A stretch of 64,000 nt of DNA from Bacteroidales bacterium (GTDB taxonomy: Bacteria; Bacteroidota; Bacteroidia; Bacteroidales; UBA12077), in the NCBI GenBank assembly GCA_003446015.1, contig DMBU01000108.1, forward strand, positions 233 to 64,232, written 5' to 3'. The position numbers and the translations under genes were made by a program. The first letter of the stretch is position 1; each line of letters starts with the position of its first letter. The notes beneath the pieces were generated by a model, which saw only the letters and a list, made by a program, of their open reading frames with translations, had not been told where the DNA came from and did no database searches. This document shows positions 1 to 13,016 of this stretch, one piece after another.

Positions 1-9
1 TAAAGCACT

Positions 10-1200
10 TTATAAGCTGTGTTTTTTGAAAAACTTTTTTATTAAGGAAATTCCTTCATCAATTTCTGACTTCTCGCGGGCAATATTAAATCGAATGTAA
101 TTTTTAGCATTCTCAGAAAAATGTTCTCCTGGTATTACAGCAACTTTTTGTTCGTCATACAAATCAATGGCAAACTTAAATCCATCAGAATATTTTTCAG
201 GGAGTTTTGCCCACACAAAATATCCTCCTTTTATCTCGGGAATTGAAAAACCTAAATTGATCAACTCTTTAGATAAATGGGAATAAGACTCTGTAAGTTT
301 TCTTCGAAGATTTGAAACATATGCCTTTCCCCATTCATTTTTCTTTAGATATTCAACAATGGCCTGCTGTAGAACTGAAGGTGCACACAAACCTGTATAA
401 TCATGAATAGATTTTATTTTTGACATGTGATCTTCGTGTGCAATTAAATAACCAATGCGCCAGCCAGTGATGGAAAATAATTTTGAAAAACTATTGGTAT
501 AAAACAAATTTGAGCTGAACTGATCTAAAGGAATATATGGTTTTTCATCAAAATACAATTCTCTGTAAACGGCATCCAGAACAATATAAAAATTCAATCG
601 TTTACTTAAATTTATTAGGGCATTGATTTCATTCTCAGACCAAATCTTCCCCAAGGGGTTGCCCGGAGATCCAAGAAAAATAACTTTTACATTGTTCCCT
701 AAACAGGTTTTTTCAAGCCCGGCAAAATCAACTGAAAAATCAGACTCAAATGAAAATGAAACAAAATCAGTATTAAAAATCTCTGGTAAATATTTATAGC
801 TTTCGTACACAGGATCAAAAGCTAAAGCCGAAAAGGGTTTTGGAATGATTTTATTAAAATAAGTATATAATAAAGATAAGGCTTCAGTACCGCCCTGAGT
901 AATTAAAAAATCATTTTTTGTAAAAGTCTGTCTGCCTTGCCCTTCGGGTTGGCTGTTTGAAAAACAGGGAAATTCGCTTTGATATTTACGAAGCAATAAG
1001 TCAAGCAACTCGTTATTCCCATTACCCGGAGCATATTGATGAATCTTGTCTGTTGAGATTTGGGATAAAATATCGGTAAGTTCTGCCGGGGGATCAAATC
1101 CCGGAATACCTTGTGCTAAATTAATACCTCCATAAGCTTTTACTTTATTGCTCATGAAACTTATGTAAGATCCTGTTGGCTTTTGATACTTATTTCCCAT
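10..1200 (-). CDS. PLP-dependent class I/II aminotransferase (YbdL/MalY-like)
   Basis: 396-aa ORF. N-terminal INLAQGIPGFDPP and the PLP-lysine context NSFSKLFSITGWRIGY are typical of fold-type I aminotransferases. Overlaps the upstream gene by 11 nt. Confidence 0.85.
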   Translation of the reverse strand: MGNKYQKPTGSYISFMSNKVKAYGGINLAQGIPGFDPPAELTDILSQISTDKIHQYAPGNGNNELLDLLLRKYQSEFPCFSNSQPEGQGRQTFTKNDFLITQGGTEALSLLYTYFNKIIPKPFSALAFDPVYESYKYLPEIFNTDFVSFSFESDFSVDFAGLEKTCLGNNVKVIFLGSPGNPLGKIWSENEINALINLSKRLNFYIVLDAVYRELYFDEKPYIPLDQFSSNLFYTNSFSKLFSITGWRIGYLIAHEDHMSKIKSIHDYTGLCAPSVLQQAIVEYLKKNEWGKAYVSNLRRKLTESYSHLSKELINLGFSIPEIKGGYFVWAKLPEKYSDGFKFAIDLYDEQKVAVIPGEHFSENAKNYIRFNIAREKSEIDEGISLIKKFFKKHSL

Positions 1201-2155
1201 TTACTTTCTTTTTCTTTCCACACTCCGTATCAATATTGCCACGCGATAATCCAAATTTTTCTTTCTCAATATTTCCTTTTGGCTCTACATGAACCAGCAC
1301 ATCATACACGTTTTCGACTCTTGCCTTAATATTCACTTCTACCTTTTTCGCCATAATGTGTCCTTCTTCAATGGTCATCTTACCATCCATTTCAATATCA
1401 AGAGCTACAGTATACAAATTTGAATGTTTTCTTACCCTTACTCTATGTGGATTAACTGCTCCTGCTTCTTCTACTGCATCGAAAATCTTATAATATAGTT
1501 CCGGATTATCGGTTCCATCCATTAATTCACGACTGGTTTCCATGAAGATTTCAAAACCTATTTTCATAATCCAGATACTTATTGCAATCGCAGTAATCAA
1601 ATCCAGAACGGGTAAATGAAAAACTTGTGTAAAAATTAATCCTGTTAATACAGATGCAGAAATAAGAATATCATTTCTCATATTTTTAGCATTGGCAATC
1701 AACATATTGCTTTCAATTTTGCGTCCTGCTTTGAATTGATAAAAAGCTAAACCAGCTTTGGAAACGATAGAAAAAACAGTAACATAAATTGCTAACATTG
1801 AAGGCAATTCAAGTTGTTCACTTTTGATTAACCTTACCAGAGTTGTAAAAAACAATTGAGCACCAGCAAAAAATATCACAAAGCTTAAGGCTTTTGTTGC
1901 AACAGCCTCAGCTCTATTGTAACCATAAGGATATCTGAAATTCGGTGGTTTATTCATGATTCGGGAAGCAACCAGTGTAATAAAATAGGTGAGAATATCC
2001 GTTGTTGTATCAATCCCATCGCCAATAACAGCTAAGCTTCCTGAAATAAATCCAATTACTATTTTCGCAATTGCTAATATAGAGTTACCAACAATTCCAA
2101 CCCAGGAAGCTTTTTTTATGAGGTAATTTCGATATTTTTGATTGACAGTTGACAT
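1190..2155 (-). CDS. cation diffusion facilitator (CDF) family metal transporter
   Basis: 321 aa. N-terminal multi-TM region with Asp-rich TM motifs (VIGDGIDTTTD) and a C-terminal cytoplasmic domain (VHVEP), as in FieF/CzcD-type CDFs. Confidence 0.8.
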   Translation of the reverse strand: MSTVNQKYRNYLIKKASWVGIVGNSILAIAKIVIGFISGSLAVIGDGIDTTTDILTYFITLVASRIMNKPPNFRYPYGYNRAEAVATKALSFVIFFAGAQLFFTTLVRLIKSEQLELPSMLAIYVTVFSIVSKAGLAFYQFKAGRKIESNMLIANAKNMRNDILISASVLTGLIFTQVFHLPVLDLITAIAISIWIMKIGFEIFMETSRELMDGTDNPELYYKIFDAVEEAGAVNPHRVRVRKHSNLYTVALDIEMDGKMTIEEGHIMAKKVEVNIKARVENVYDVLVHVEPKGNIEKEKFGLSRGNIDTECGKKKKVNGK

Positions 2156-2195
2156 AAAACAAAGTTAGATTAAATATTAATTAAGAACTAACTAT

Positions 2196-2226
2196 AGAAA
2201 AAAGAGATTCCCGCTTTCGCGGGAAT
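2196..2226 (-). terminator. intrinsic terminator after lepA (hairpin also belongs to the GATTCC..GGAATGAC family)
   Basis: Minus strand reads ATTCCCGC-GAAA-GCGGGAAT followed by CTCTTTTTTC, 29 nt after the lepA stop. Confidence 0.6.
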
Positions 2227-2254
2227 GACTTTATTATTTTTAATTATGATTCCT

Positions 2255-4042
2255 TTAATCTAATTTAAGCACTGCCAGGAACGCTTGTTGCGGCACTTCT
2301 ACATTACCCACCTGACGCATTCGTTTTTTACCTTTCTTCTGCTTTTCAAGCAATTTACGTTTTCGGGTTATATCACCACCATAACATTTGGCAGTAACAT
2401 CCTTACGAACGGCCTTAACTGTTTCGCGCGAAATAATTTTTGCTCCGATTGCAGCCTGAATAGCAATGTCAAATTGTTGGCGAGGGATGAGTTCTTTCAA
2501 TTTTTCACACATTCTTCGTCCAAAATCGTAAGCATTATCTCTATGAATCAAGGTTGACAAGGCATCAACCAATTCTCCATTTAAAAGAATATCCAATCGA
2601 ACCAAATTGGCTTGTTTATATCCTGTTTGATGATAATCAAAAGATGCATAACCTTTCGAAATGCTTTTTAGTTTATCGTAAAAATCGAATACAATTTCGG
2701 CAAGAGGCATTTCAAATGTTACTTCAACCCTATTATTCGGCAGATAGTGTTGATTTTTCATTACTCCTCGTTTATCGATGCAGAGTTTCATAATTGGTCC
2801 AAGAAAATCTGTTTTCGAAATAATCTGAGCATGAATATATGGTTCCTCGATATGATCAATATACGTTATTTCTGGTAAGCCTGATGGATTGTGTACTTCA
2901 ACAATTCCGCTTTTTGTAGTGTGAACTTTGTACGAAACGTTTGGCACCGTTGTGATAACATCCATATCGAACTCGCGATCGAGTCGTTCCTGAATGATTT
3001 CCATATGCAACAATCCCAGGAATCCGCAACGGAAACCAAATCCTAATGCAGCAGAAGATTCTGGTTCGAAAGTCAAGGATGCATCATTTAACTGAAGCTT
3101 TTCCATTGAAGCTCTCAGATCTTCATAATCGTCGGCATCAATTGGATAAATTCCTGCAAAAACCATGGGTTTAACAAGTTCGAATCCTTCAATTGCTTTT
3201 TCACAAGGGCGATCTTTATGCGTAATTGTATCACCAACTTTTACTTCTTTAGAAGTTTTTATCCCAGAAATGATATATCCAACATCACCTGCTTTCATCT
3301 CGTTTTTTGGAAATTGCTTTAATCTCAAGGCACCGATTTCGTCTGCATGGTAATCTTTTCCCGTAGCAAAGAATTTTACATGATCTCCTTTTCGGAGTGT
3401 TCCATTCTTAATTTTGAAATAGGCTTCGATTCCTCGAAATGAATTAAAAACTGAGTCAAAAATAAGAGCTTGTAGCGGAGCTTCCGGATCACCTGCAGGA
3501 GCAGGAACATTATGTATTATGCTTTCAAGAATTTCATCAACACCTAAGCCGGTTTTACCACTAGCTTCAATAATTGATTCTCGCTTACAGCCGATAAGCT
3601 CAACAATCTGGTCCTTAACCTCTTCGGGCATGGCTGCATCCATGTCCATTTTATTTAAAATCGGAATGATTTCCAGATCGTGTTCAATGGCATGAAAAAC
3701 ATTCGAAATCGTTTGCGCCTGAACCCCCTGTGTGGCATCCACAATTAATAAGGCTCCTTCACATGCAGCAATGGATCTTGAAACTTCGTATGAAAAATCA
3801 ACGTGGCCGGGAGTATCAATTAAATTAAGAACATAATCTTTACCCTCAAATTTATAATTCATTTGAATGGCATGACTTTTTATGGTTATTCCCCGTTCTC
3901 TCTCCAAATCCATATTATCAAGTATCTGATCCTGATAATCGCGATCAGGAATAGAACCGGTCGCTTGTAAAAGCCTATCTGCCAGCGTGCTCTTCCCGTG
4001 ATCAATATGAGCTATAATGCAAAAATTTCTTATGTTATCCAT
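2255..4042 (-). CDS. lepA: translation elongation factor 4 (LepA)
   Basis: 595 aa. G1 motif [29 protein letters not shown], and the LepA-specific C-terminal domain. Confidence 0.97.
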   Translation of the reverse strand: MDNIRNFCIIAHIDHGKSTLADRLLQATGSIPDRDYQDQILDNMDLERERGITIKSHAIQMNYKFEGKDYVLNLIDTPGHVDFSYEVSRSIAACEGALLIVDATQGVQAQTISNVFHAIEHDLEIIPILNKMDMDAAMPEEVKDQIVELIGCKRESIIEASGKTGLGVDEILESIIHNVPAPAGDPEAPLQALIFDSVFNSFRGIEAYFKIKNGTLRKGDHVKFFATGKDYHADEIGALRLKQFPKNEMKAGDVGYIISGIKTSKEVKVGDTITHKDRPCEKAIEGFELVKPMVFAGIYPIDADDYEDLRASMEKLQLNDASLTFEPESSAALGFGFRCGFLGLLHMEIIQERLDREFDMDVITTVPNVSYKVHTTKSGIVEVHNPSGLPEITYIDHIEEPYIHAQIISKTDFLGPIMKLCIDKRGVMKNQHYLPNNRVEVTFEMPLAEIVFDFYDKLKSISKGYASFDYHQTGYKQANLVRLDILLNGELVDALSTLIHRDNAYDFGRRMCEKLKELIPRQQFDIAIQAAIGAKIISRETVKAVRKDVTAKCYGGDITRKRKLLEKQKKGKKRMRQVGNVEVPQQAFLAVLKLD

Positions 4043-4270
4043 AAAGATTTAATATATTATCATCCACAATTATACTGTCCCGAACAACATCTTTTCGGAT
4101 GTGCAAATATATTGAAATCTAAGAAACTAACAACGACAAAGTATAAATATTGCCAGAGAATTTTGTACTTCTATAAATTTCAAATAACAAATTTCAAACT
4201 ACGAATAAATTCCAAAACACAAAACCAAAAAATGAACTGTTTGGTATATTCCGATTGACATTTAGAAATT

Positions 4271-4319
4271 ATTTGATTTTTGTGATTTGTGATTTGTAAT
4301 TTGTAATTTGTAATTTGCA
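4271..4319. repeat. seven tandem heptamers (ATTTGTR consensus)
   Basis: atttgat ttttgtg atttgtg atttgta atttgta atttgta atttgca, immediately 3' of the metF stop. Confidence 0.9.
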
Positions 4320-4322
4320 AAG

Positions 4323-5276
4323 TTAAAACACCGCCCTTGCAATTCTCTGAATATTATCAGATTGGTCTAAAGTATAATAATGAATTCCCGGTACTCCAAA
4401 TTTGATAAGTTCCTTGGATTGCATTGTTGTCCATTCAACACCAACCTGACGAACGTCTTTGGTTGTTTTACATTTCTTGATTTCCTTTATAAGCTCATTA
4501 GGCAGATCGATATTAAAAGTTTGTGGCAATAATGAGCTATCATTCAACGTTGATACAGGTTTAATACCAGGAATTATAGGGACATCAATTCCAATTTTTT
4601 TACAGCTGTCAACAAAATTAAAATATTTCTGATTATCGAAAAACAACTGTGTTACAATATATTCGGCCCCTTTATCAACTTTAAGTTTAAGATACTCTAA
4701 ATCGGTGTCCATATTTGGTGCTTCGATGTGCTTTTCGGGATAACCGGCAACACCAAGAGAAAAATCAGTTGGCATAGCGTTTTCTAAATCTTCATGTAGA
4801 TATTTACCCTTATTTAAATTCATAATTTGCTCGATCAATTCGCTCGAATAAGTATGTCCTCCTTTTTCGGGGACAAATTTTCGTTTTCCTTTTTCGGGAT
4901 CGCCACGTAAAACCAACAAATTATTAATTCCCAGAAAATGAAAATCTATCAGGGCATCTTCTGTTTCTTCCTTTGTAAATCCACCGCAAATCATATGTGG
5001 AACAACTGTGATTTTATATTTATTCTGAATTGCTGCTGCAATTGCTACTGTTCCGGGGCGTTTTCTAATAACCCGCTTTTCCATTAAACCATCGGGGCGT
5101 GTTTTATAAACCACCTCCTGCTGATGATAAGTAATATTAATATATGCGGGATTAAACTCGATCAGTGGATCAATGGTGTCGTATATTTCCTGTATGGTAT
5201 GACCTTTTAATGGTGGCAAAAGCTCAAATGTGAACAAAGCACTTTTTGCATTTTTTATTTTATCGATTACTTTCAT
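4323..5276 (-). CDS. metF: methylenetetrahydrofolate reductase
   Basis: 317 aa. The FELLPPLKG start and overall MetF-like sequence fit, and it lies adjacent to metH. Confidence 0.9.
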   Translation of the reverse strand: MKVIDKIKNAKSALFTFELLPPLKGHTIQEIYDTIDPLIEFNPAYINITYHQQEVVYKTRPDGLMEKRVIRKRPGTVAIAAAIQNKYKITVVPHMICGGFTKEETEDALIDFHFLGINNLLVLRGDPEKGKRKFVPEKGGHTYSSELIEQIMNLNKGKYLHEDLENAMPTDFSLGVAGYPEKHIEAPNMDTDLEYLKLKVDKGAEYIVTQLFFDNQKYFNFVDSCKKIGIDVPIIPGIKPVSTLNDSSLLPQTFNIDLPNELIKEIKKCKTTKDVRQVGVEWTTMQSKELIKFGVPGIHYYTLDQSDNIQRIARAVF

Positions 5277-5389
5277 TTTATTTCCATCCCATATTGTGTA
5301 TCCTTCGACAAGCTCAGAATGACAACGATTTTCAATAATTAATATTTCACTGACTCCAATTATTGCAGGGATGTCAATGTATTTTATTT

Positions 5390-8300
5390 CTATTTATAAT
5401 TTAGATTTGGTGCCAGCCACTTTTCAGCTTCACTTACTGTCATGTTTTTTCGAATGGCATAATCTTCGATCTGATCTATTCCTATTTTTTGCACATTAAA
5501 ATATTTCGATTCCGGATGTGCTAAATACAATCCGCTAACCGAAGCACCCGGGTACATCATATAACTCTCTGTTAATTTGATTTGTGCTTTGTTTTCTGCG
5601 TCCAATACATCAAAAATTATTCGTTTTTCGGTATGATCAGGACAAGCAGGATAACCTGCAGCAGGTCTGATCCCTCTATATTTTTCACGAATCAGATCGT
5701 TAGTTTCAAGATCTTCGTTTGGTGCGTATGCCCAATATTCTTTTCTCACTTTTTGATGCAACAACTCAGCAAAAGCTTCAGCTAATCTGTCTGCCAGAAT
5801 TTTGATCATAATCGCTTTATAATCATCATTATTTTTTTCATACTTGCTAACATGTTTTTCTACACCTAATCCTGCGGTTACAGCAAATGCACCAATATAA
5901 TCATTTATCCCACTTTCTTTAGGTGCAATAAAATCAGAAAGGCAAGCATTTGAATCTCCTTCAACTCTCACTTGCTGATTTCGTAAATGATGAAAAACAC
6001 CAATTACTTTTTTTCTGGTATCATCTTCATACAATTCAATATCATCTTCAATTGAATTGGCAGGATACAATCCAAATGCAGCATTTGCTTTTAGCATTTT
6101 GTTATCAATAATCTGTTTTAACATCTCCTGAGCATCCTTATACAAAATTTTTGCTTCCTCACCTTTTATTGGATCTTCAAATATTGCAGGATATTTTCCA
6201 TTCAAATCCCAGGCAAAAAAGAAAAAGGTCCAATCAATATATTTAGAAAGTTCCAGTAAAGAAAAATCCAATAAATATTTATTGCCAAAAAATGTAGGTT
6301 TTGAAATGTGTGATTTTTCCCAATCGATTAGAATTTTATTTTTTCGTGCCTGTTCCAATGTAACATACATATTTACAGACTTCTTAGCCGATATTTTTTC
6401 TCTTATTATGTCGTATTCATGATTAATATGTTGAATATATTCAAACTTTAAAGTTTCATTTAATAAATTCCGGACAACACCAACACTTCTGGATGCATCT
6501 TTGACATGAACAACCGGAGCCTCATAAACAACATCTACTTTAACAGCTGTATGTATGTTTGATGTGGTTGCTCCACCAATTAGCAACGGTATCTTTAAAT
6601 TGTTTCGTTGCATTTCCTCAGCAACATGAACCATTTCTTCCAATGACGGGGTAATAAGTCCACTCAATCCAATAATATCAACTTTTTCATTTATTGCAGT
6701 TTCAATAATTTTTTGAGCAGGAACCATCACACCTAAATCAATCACTTCGAAATTATTACAAGCCAGAATAACTCCCACAATATTTTTTCCAATATCGTGT
6801 ACATCACCCTTTACGGTTGCCATTAAAACTTTACCTGCCGAGCTTGATTTTCCCGAATCCTTCTTTTCTTCTTCGATAAATGGCAATAAATAGGCGACAG
6901 CTTTTTTCATAACCCGTGCACTTTTCACAACCTGTGGAAGAAACATTTTGCCTGATCCAAATAAATCACCAACTATATTCATCCCATTCATTAATGGTTC
7001 TTCAATTACTGTAAGGGGCTGATTGTACTGCTTTCTTGCTTCTTCTGTATCCTCATCAATAAAATCTGTAATTCCTTTTACCAAGGCATATGACAAACGC
7101 TCCTGAACTGATTTTTCCCTCCATTCATCCTTTCTTTCTTCTTTTTTATCCGATTGTTTTACCTTTTCGGCAAATACAACTAATCGTTCCGTTGCATCTT
7201 TTCGCCTGTTCAGCACAACATCTTCGACCAACTTTAATAGATCTTTTGGGATACTATCGTAAACCTCCAGCATACCCGGATTAACAATTCCCATATCCAT
7301 TCCGGCTTTTATTGCATGATATAAAAAAACCGAATGAATTGCTTCCCGAACGGTATTATTCCCTCTAAACGAGAATGATAAGTTACTTACTCCTCCACTG
7401 ATTTTAGCATGAGGTAAATTTTCTTTAATCCATTTTATGGCATTAATATAATTTACTGCGTAATTATTATGTTCGTCAATTCCTGTGGCTATTGCCAGTA
7501 CATTTGGATCGAAAAAAATATCTTCTGGCGGGAATTTAACCTTCTCATTTAAAATTTTATACGATCTTTCAGCTATTTCAATTTTTCGCTCCAACGTATC
7601 TGCCTGTCCATTTTCATCAAAAAGCATAACAACAGTTGCAGCTCCATATTTTCGAATTAACTTTGCATAACGAATAAAATCAGCTTCACCTTCTTTTAAG
7701 CTAATTGAGTTTACCACTGATTTTCCCTGTACACATTTTAATCCGGTTTCGATTACACTCCATTTGGAAGAATCTATCATAATAGGTAATCTGGAAATAT
7801 CTGGCTCTGATGCAATTAAATTCAGAAACTTTTTCATTGATTCTTCTGAATCCAACATGGCCTCATCCATACAAACATCTATTATTTGAGCTCCACCATC
7901 AACCTGATCCTTTGCGACAGATAATGCATCCTCAAATTTTTCATCTTTTATTAAACGGGCAAATTTTATGGAACCTGCAACATTTGTTCTTTCACCTACG
8001 TTTATAAAATTGATTTCTTTGGTAAAAGTTAGTGGTTCCAAACCACTTAATCGGGTTAACGTTTGTATTTGTGGTAATTTTCTTGGTGAATACCTTTTAG
8101 CAATTTCTGCAATTTTCTTTATATGAGCAGGAGTTGTTCCACAACACCCACCAACAATATTGACAAAACCACTTTTCAAATAATCTTCGATAATGACTCC
8201 CATTTCCTCAGCTGATTCGTCATATTCTCCGAACTGATTAGGTAAACCTGCATTGGGATGCGCACTTACATTATACTTTGATATTTTTGATAATTCTTCG

Positions 8301-9070
8301 ATATGTGGTCTTAATTGATCAGCACCAAAAGCACAATTTAACCCAATACTCAACAAATCAATATGTGACAATGAATTGTAAAAAGCTTCTAAGGTTTGTC
8401 CTGATAAAGTTCTTCCGCTGGCATCGGTAATTGTTCCTGAAACCATAACAGGAAGTTTTTCACCCTTCTTTTCAAATATATCTTCAATAGCAAATAAAGC
8501 TGCTTTTGCATTTAAGGTGTCAAAAATGGTTTCAACCATTAGAATATCCACTCCTCCGTCTAACAATCCTTCTGCTTGTTCATAATAAGCTTTTCGCATA
8601 TCATCAAAACTTACAGCACGAAAACCAGGGTCATTTACATCGGGCGACATGGAAGTTGTGCGATTAGTAGGACCTAAAATTCCAATTACAAATCTTGGTT
8701 TATCAGGGTTTTTGAAGGTAAATTCATCAGAAGCCCTTTTTGCTAATTTTGCCGATTCAAAATTTATTTCATAAACAAGATCCTCCATATGATAGTCAGC
8801 CATTGAAATTCTATTGGCATTAAATGTATTGGTCTCTATTAAATCGGCTCCTGCTTCTAAATACGCTTTATGAATACCCTCTATAATTTGAGGTTGTGTT
8901 AATGATAACAAATCATTGTTTCCTTTTACATCATGACTATAATTTTTAAAGCGATCGCCCCGATAATCCTCTTCTTTTAACTTATGACGTTGGATCATGG
9001 TTCCCATTGCACCATCGAGTACAAAAATCCGTTCTTTTAATTCTGATTTTATTTTTTCTAATTGATTCAT
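5390..9070 (-). CDS. metH: cobalamin-dependent methionine synthase
   Basis: Hcy-binding GGCCGTTP, pterin-binding domain, B12 motif [11 protein letters not shown] and a C-terminal activation domain. Start placed at [27 protein letters not shown] by analogy with the E. coli N-terminus; the ORF track extends to 9130 through a repeat-like segment. Confidence 0.95.
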   Translation of the reverse strand: MNQLEKIKSELKERIFVLDGAMGTMIQRHKLKEEDYRGDRFKNYSHDVKGNNDLLSLTQPQIIEGIHKAYLEAGADLIETNTFNANRISMADYHMEDLVYEINFESAKLAKRASDEFTFKNPDKPRFVIGILGPTNRTTSMSPDVNDPGFRAVSFDDMRKAYYEQAEGLLDGGVDILMVETIFDTLNAKAALFAIEDIFEKKGEKLPVMVSGTITDASGRTLSGQTLEAFYNSLSHIDLLSIGLNCAFGADQLRPHIEELSKISKYNVSAHPNAGLPNQFGEYDESAEEMGVIIEDYLKSGFVNIVGGCCGTTPAHIKKIAEIAKRYSPRKLPQIQTLTRLSGLEPLTFTKEINFINVGERTNVAGSIKFARLIKDEKFEDALSVAKDQVDGGAQIIDVCMDEAMLDSEESMKKFLNLIASEPDISRLPIMIDSSKWSVIETGLKCVQGKSVVNSISLKEGEADFIRYAKLIRKYGAATVVMLFDENGQADTLERKIEIAERSYKILNEKVKFPPEDIFFDPNVLAIATGIDEHNNYAVNYINAIKWIKENLPHAKISGGVSNLSFSFRGNNTVREAIHSVFLYHAIKAGMDMGIVNPGMLEVYDSIPKDLLKLVEDVVLNRRKDATERLVVFAEKVKQSDKKEERKDEWREKSVQERLSYALVKGITDFIDEDTEEARKQYNQPLTVIEEPLMNGMNIVGDLFGSGKMFLPQVVKSARVMKKAVAYLLPFIEEEKKDSGKSSSAGKVLMATVKGDVHDIGKNIVGVILACNNFEVIDLGVMVPAQKIIETAINEKVDIIGLSGLITPSLEEMVHVAEEMQRNNLKIPLLIGGATTSNIHTAVKVDVVYEAPVVHVKDASRSVGVVRNLLNETLKFEYIQHINHEYDIIREKISAKKSVNMYVTLEQARKNKILIDWEKSHISKPTFFGNKYLLDFSLLELSKYIDWTFFFFAWDLNGKYPAIFEDPIKGEEAKILYKDAQEMLKQIIDNKMLKANAAFGLYPANSIEDDIELYEDDTRKKVIGVFHHLRNQQVRVEGDSNACLSDFIAPKESGINDYIGAFAVTAGLGVEKHVSKYEKNNDDYKAIMIKILADRLAEAFAELLHQKVRKEYWAYAPNEDLETNDLIREKYRGIRPAAGYPACPDHTEKRIIFDVLDAENKAQIKLTESYMMYPGASVSGLYLAHPESKYFNVQKIGIDQIEDYAIRKNMTVSEAEKWLAPNLNYK

Positions 9071-9209
9071 TTTTTTCATTTTGTGATTCTTAGTGTTTTT
9101 TGTGTCTTCGTGGCAATTTATTTCTGCCACAAAGGCACCAATTCACAAAATTCCACTAAATAATACTGGTGAATTATAAATTTACAAAATACTAAGTATC
9201 AATGTCAAG

Positions 9210-10397
9210 TTAATTCCTGATATAAGCTAAAAACACATCCAATTTTGGTAAAATTGACTTAATCTTTAACAAATTAGATAATTTAATGTTTCCAACCACA
9301 TAACTATGATCCGGTCCAGAGTATTTTTCTGAGATATTTTCAAACTCAAAATAACTGAAATCAACCATGTTTTTATATCTCAAATAAATCTCTATTTCAT
9401 GATCTGTTTTGTATTTCAATTTCTTAAAATATTTCTGTTTCTTGTATTCATATTTATAATTATGTGATCGGGCAGTAATATCGGACAACACAGCCGAACC
9501 TGTTGGATAACCTCCCGCCCCTTTCCCAAACATAAACTGCTTGTCGTAAAACTCACCCTGAATTACAACCCCGTTATACTCGTCTTCAACATTATAAATA
9601 TACTTATCCGGACGAACTAAACGTGGGATTACAAACATGGTGAATGATTCATCATCCAGTTTTAAAACCTGTGCAACTAATTTCAATTTCAGATTTTTCT
9701 CTCGTGCATACTGAATATCGTATTCTTTTAATCTTGATATTCCATAATTAAAAACCAGATCGGGTTGAACAAATGTTCCTAATGCATGAGTGGCGATAAT
9801 TATCAACTTATATAAAGAGTCGAATCCATCCACATCCAAACTTGGGTTGCTTTCTGCAAATCCCAATTCCTGAGCCTGTTTCAATGCAGTATTATAATCC
9901 AATCCTTCGTTAAAGATTTTAGATAAAATGTAATTTGATGATCCGTTCAGAATTCCGGTTACAGATTTCAGCAAATCGTTATCGTAATACTCTTCAATAT
10001 TACGGATGATTGGAATACTTCCACAAGCCGAAGCATCATATAATAGAGATGTGTTTGTTTCTTCCTGCAATTTTATTAACTCATCTAAATGATGAGCTAA
10101 CATTTTTTTGTTTCCTGAAACAACACTCTTATTATTTAGCAAACAACGTTTGACAATATCGTAAGCTTCATCTGCATCGTCGATTAATTCAACAACCAGA
10201 TTAATATCTTTATCATTTATGATATCTTCTTTATTGAATGTAAACTGATCTTCGCTTAATGATCTCTTTTTATCTTTCTGTTTCACACATATTCTGCTAA
10301 CACTCGCATCGACTGTTTTGCTGTGTTTAAGAACATGGTAAAGACTTTCGCCAACAACTCCGTAGCCAAAAAGTCCAATATTTATTTTTTGATTCAT
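9210..10397 (-). CDS. hom: homoserine dehydrogenase
   Basis: 395 aa. Rossmann N-terminus IGLFGYGVVG, catalytic region GILNGSSNYILSKI...ELGFAESNPSLDVDGFD, and a C-terminal regulatory-like domain. Confidence 0.88.
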   Translation of the reverse strand: MNQKINIGLFGYGVVGESLYHVLKHSKTVDASVSRICVKQKDKKRSLSEDQFTFNKEDIINDKDINLVVELIDDADEAYDIVKRCLLNNKSVVSGNKKMLAHHLDELIKLQEETNTSLLYDASACGSIPIIRNIEEYYDNDLLKSVTGILNGSSNYILSKIFNEGLDYNTALKQAQELGFAESNPSLDVDGFDSLYKLIIIATHALGTFVQPDLVFNYGISRLKEYDIQYAREKNLKLKLVAQVLKLDDESFTMFVIPRLVRPDKYIYNVEDEYNGVVIQGEFYDKQFMFGKGAGGYPTGSAVLSDITARSHNYKYEYKKQKYFKKLKYKTDHEIEIYLRYKNMVDFSYFEFENISEKYSGPDHSYVVGNIKLSNLLKIKSILPKLDVFLAYIRN

Positions 10398-10445
10398 TTT
10401 AATATCTTTTATGATTTTAAAATAGAATGCTGATGAAACTTTGCC

Positions 10446-10532
10446 GGGCTAAAGCCCTTATTTGGCTTTCTTTTCTAACCCTGGCCTTAAGGCCAGGGTC
10501 AAACTAATTACTACTAACAGGACTTTAGTCCT
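10446..10532. repeat. composite GC-rich triple-hairpin element (copy 1)
   Basis: GGGCTAAAGCCC (10446-10457), CCCTGGCCTTAAGGCCAGGG (10479-10498) and AGGACTTTAGTCCT (10519-10532). The first two hairpins and their spacing recur at 29054-29107. Confidence 0.8.
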
Positions 10533-10550
10533 TATTTAGTGTTCAACATT

Positions 10551-11564
10551 CTAATTTCTTAAAAACTCGTTAATGATTTTTGTTAATTGTTCTGTTTCAA
10601 TTAAAAAACCATCATGACCATACAATGAATCAATTTCAATGAATTTAGAATTTGGAATATACTTTTGTACTTCCCTGATCTCATCAGGGAAAAACAAAAT
10701 ATCGGATGATATTGCTATCAATAAAGACTTAGCTTGAATACCTGATAATGCCTTTTCTATTCCACCTCTGTTCCGACCAACATTATGCGTGTCGAAGGAT
10801 TTGGAAATAGAAATGTATGAATAGGCATTAAATCTTTTAACTAATTTTTCACCCTGATATTGCTGATACGAAACCGCTCTGAAATTTTCCAGTTTTTCTT
10901 CCGTGTCGTGCTGAGTTTTATTGTAGGTTGCAGCATTTCTATAGCTTAACAAAGCAATAGTCCGTGCTGCTTTTAAACCTGCTGAGCCAGCTGTTTCGTG
11001 ATTGTTTTTGAATGTAGGATCGGCATTAATAGCCAACCGCTGCGATTCATTAATAGCAATATTCCAGGGTGAAGCAAAAGCTCCGCTAACAATAAAAACC
11101 AAATTCTCAATCAAAGAAGGATTCATAATACTCCATTCCAATGCCTGAAAGCTGCCAATTGATCCACCAGTAATCATAAAGATTTTTGAAATGCCCAAAT
11201 GCTCTCTTAACAGCTCATGTGCATTTACCATATCTCTAATGGTGATTAATGGAAAATCGTGATAATATGGTTTTCCGGTTTTCGAATTTACAGATAAAGG
11301 TCCCGTGGTACCATAGCAGGAACCTAAAAAATTCGCACATACAATAAAATATTTTGATGTGTCGAATAGTAATCCATCACCAACCATATTTGGCCACCAG
11401 TCAGCAACATCGGAGTTAGCAGTTAATGCATGACAAACCCATATTACATTATCTTTTGCTGCATTTAATTCACCAACAGCGTGATAAGCAATTTGAATCT
11501 CGTGCAATAATTGCCCGTTTTCAAGTTTGAATTCTTCTTTGTGTTGAAATTGATGTTGTGTCAT
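10551..11564 (-). CDS. metX: homoserine O-acetyltransferase
   Basis: 337 aa alpha/beta hydrolase with nucleophile elbow GGSIGSFQALEW and a MetX-like N-terminus. Confidence 0.9.
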   Translation of the reverse strand: MTQHQFQHKEEFKLENGQLLHEIQIAYHAVGELNAAKDNVIWVCHALTANSDVADWWPNMVGDGLLFDTSKYFIVCANFLGSCYGTTGPLSVNSKTGKPYYHDFPLITIRDMVNAHELLREHLGISKIFMITGGSIGSFQALEWSIMNPSLIENLVFIVSGAFASPWNIAINESQRLAINADPTFKNNHETAGSAGLKAARTIALLSYRNAATYNKTQHDTEEKLENFRAVSYQQYQGEKLVKRFNAYSYISISKSFDTHNVGRNRGGIEKALSGIQAKSLLIAISSDILFFPDEIREVQKYIPNSKFIEIDSLYGHDGFLIETEQLTKIINEFLRN

Positions 11565-11672
11565 AATTGTTTTTATTAAGCGGATGCCGAAATATAATAG
11601 AATTTTTTAATTATTTGGAGGATAATTAACTTCGTACAAACCCTATTTTTGACTCGGCATCCAGCTTATAGT

Positions 11673-13016
<1,344 letters not shown>

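Noticed and set aside
9071-9130. N-terminal 20-residue extension of MetH in the ORF track ([20 protein letters not shown])
   Set aside because: [27 protein letters not shown] aligns with the canonical MetH N-terminus. The extension runs through a repeat-like, hairpin-containing segment (GTGGCA-N9-TGCCAC at 9109-9129) and is probably 5' UTR.
11582-11662. Long-range inverted repeat GGATGCCGA / TCGGCATCC in the metY-metX spacer
   Set aside because: It is only 9 bp with a 63-nt loop and has no second copy in the window. It could be a processing stem, but this is too weak to call.
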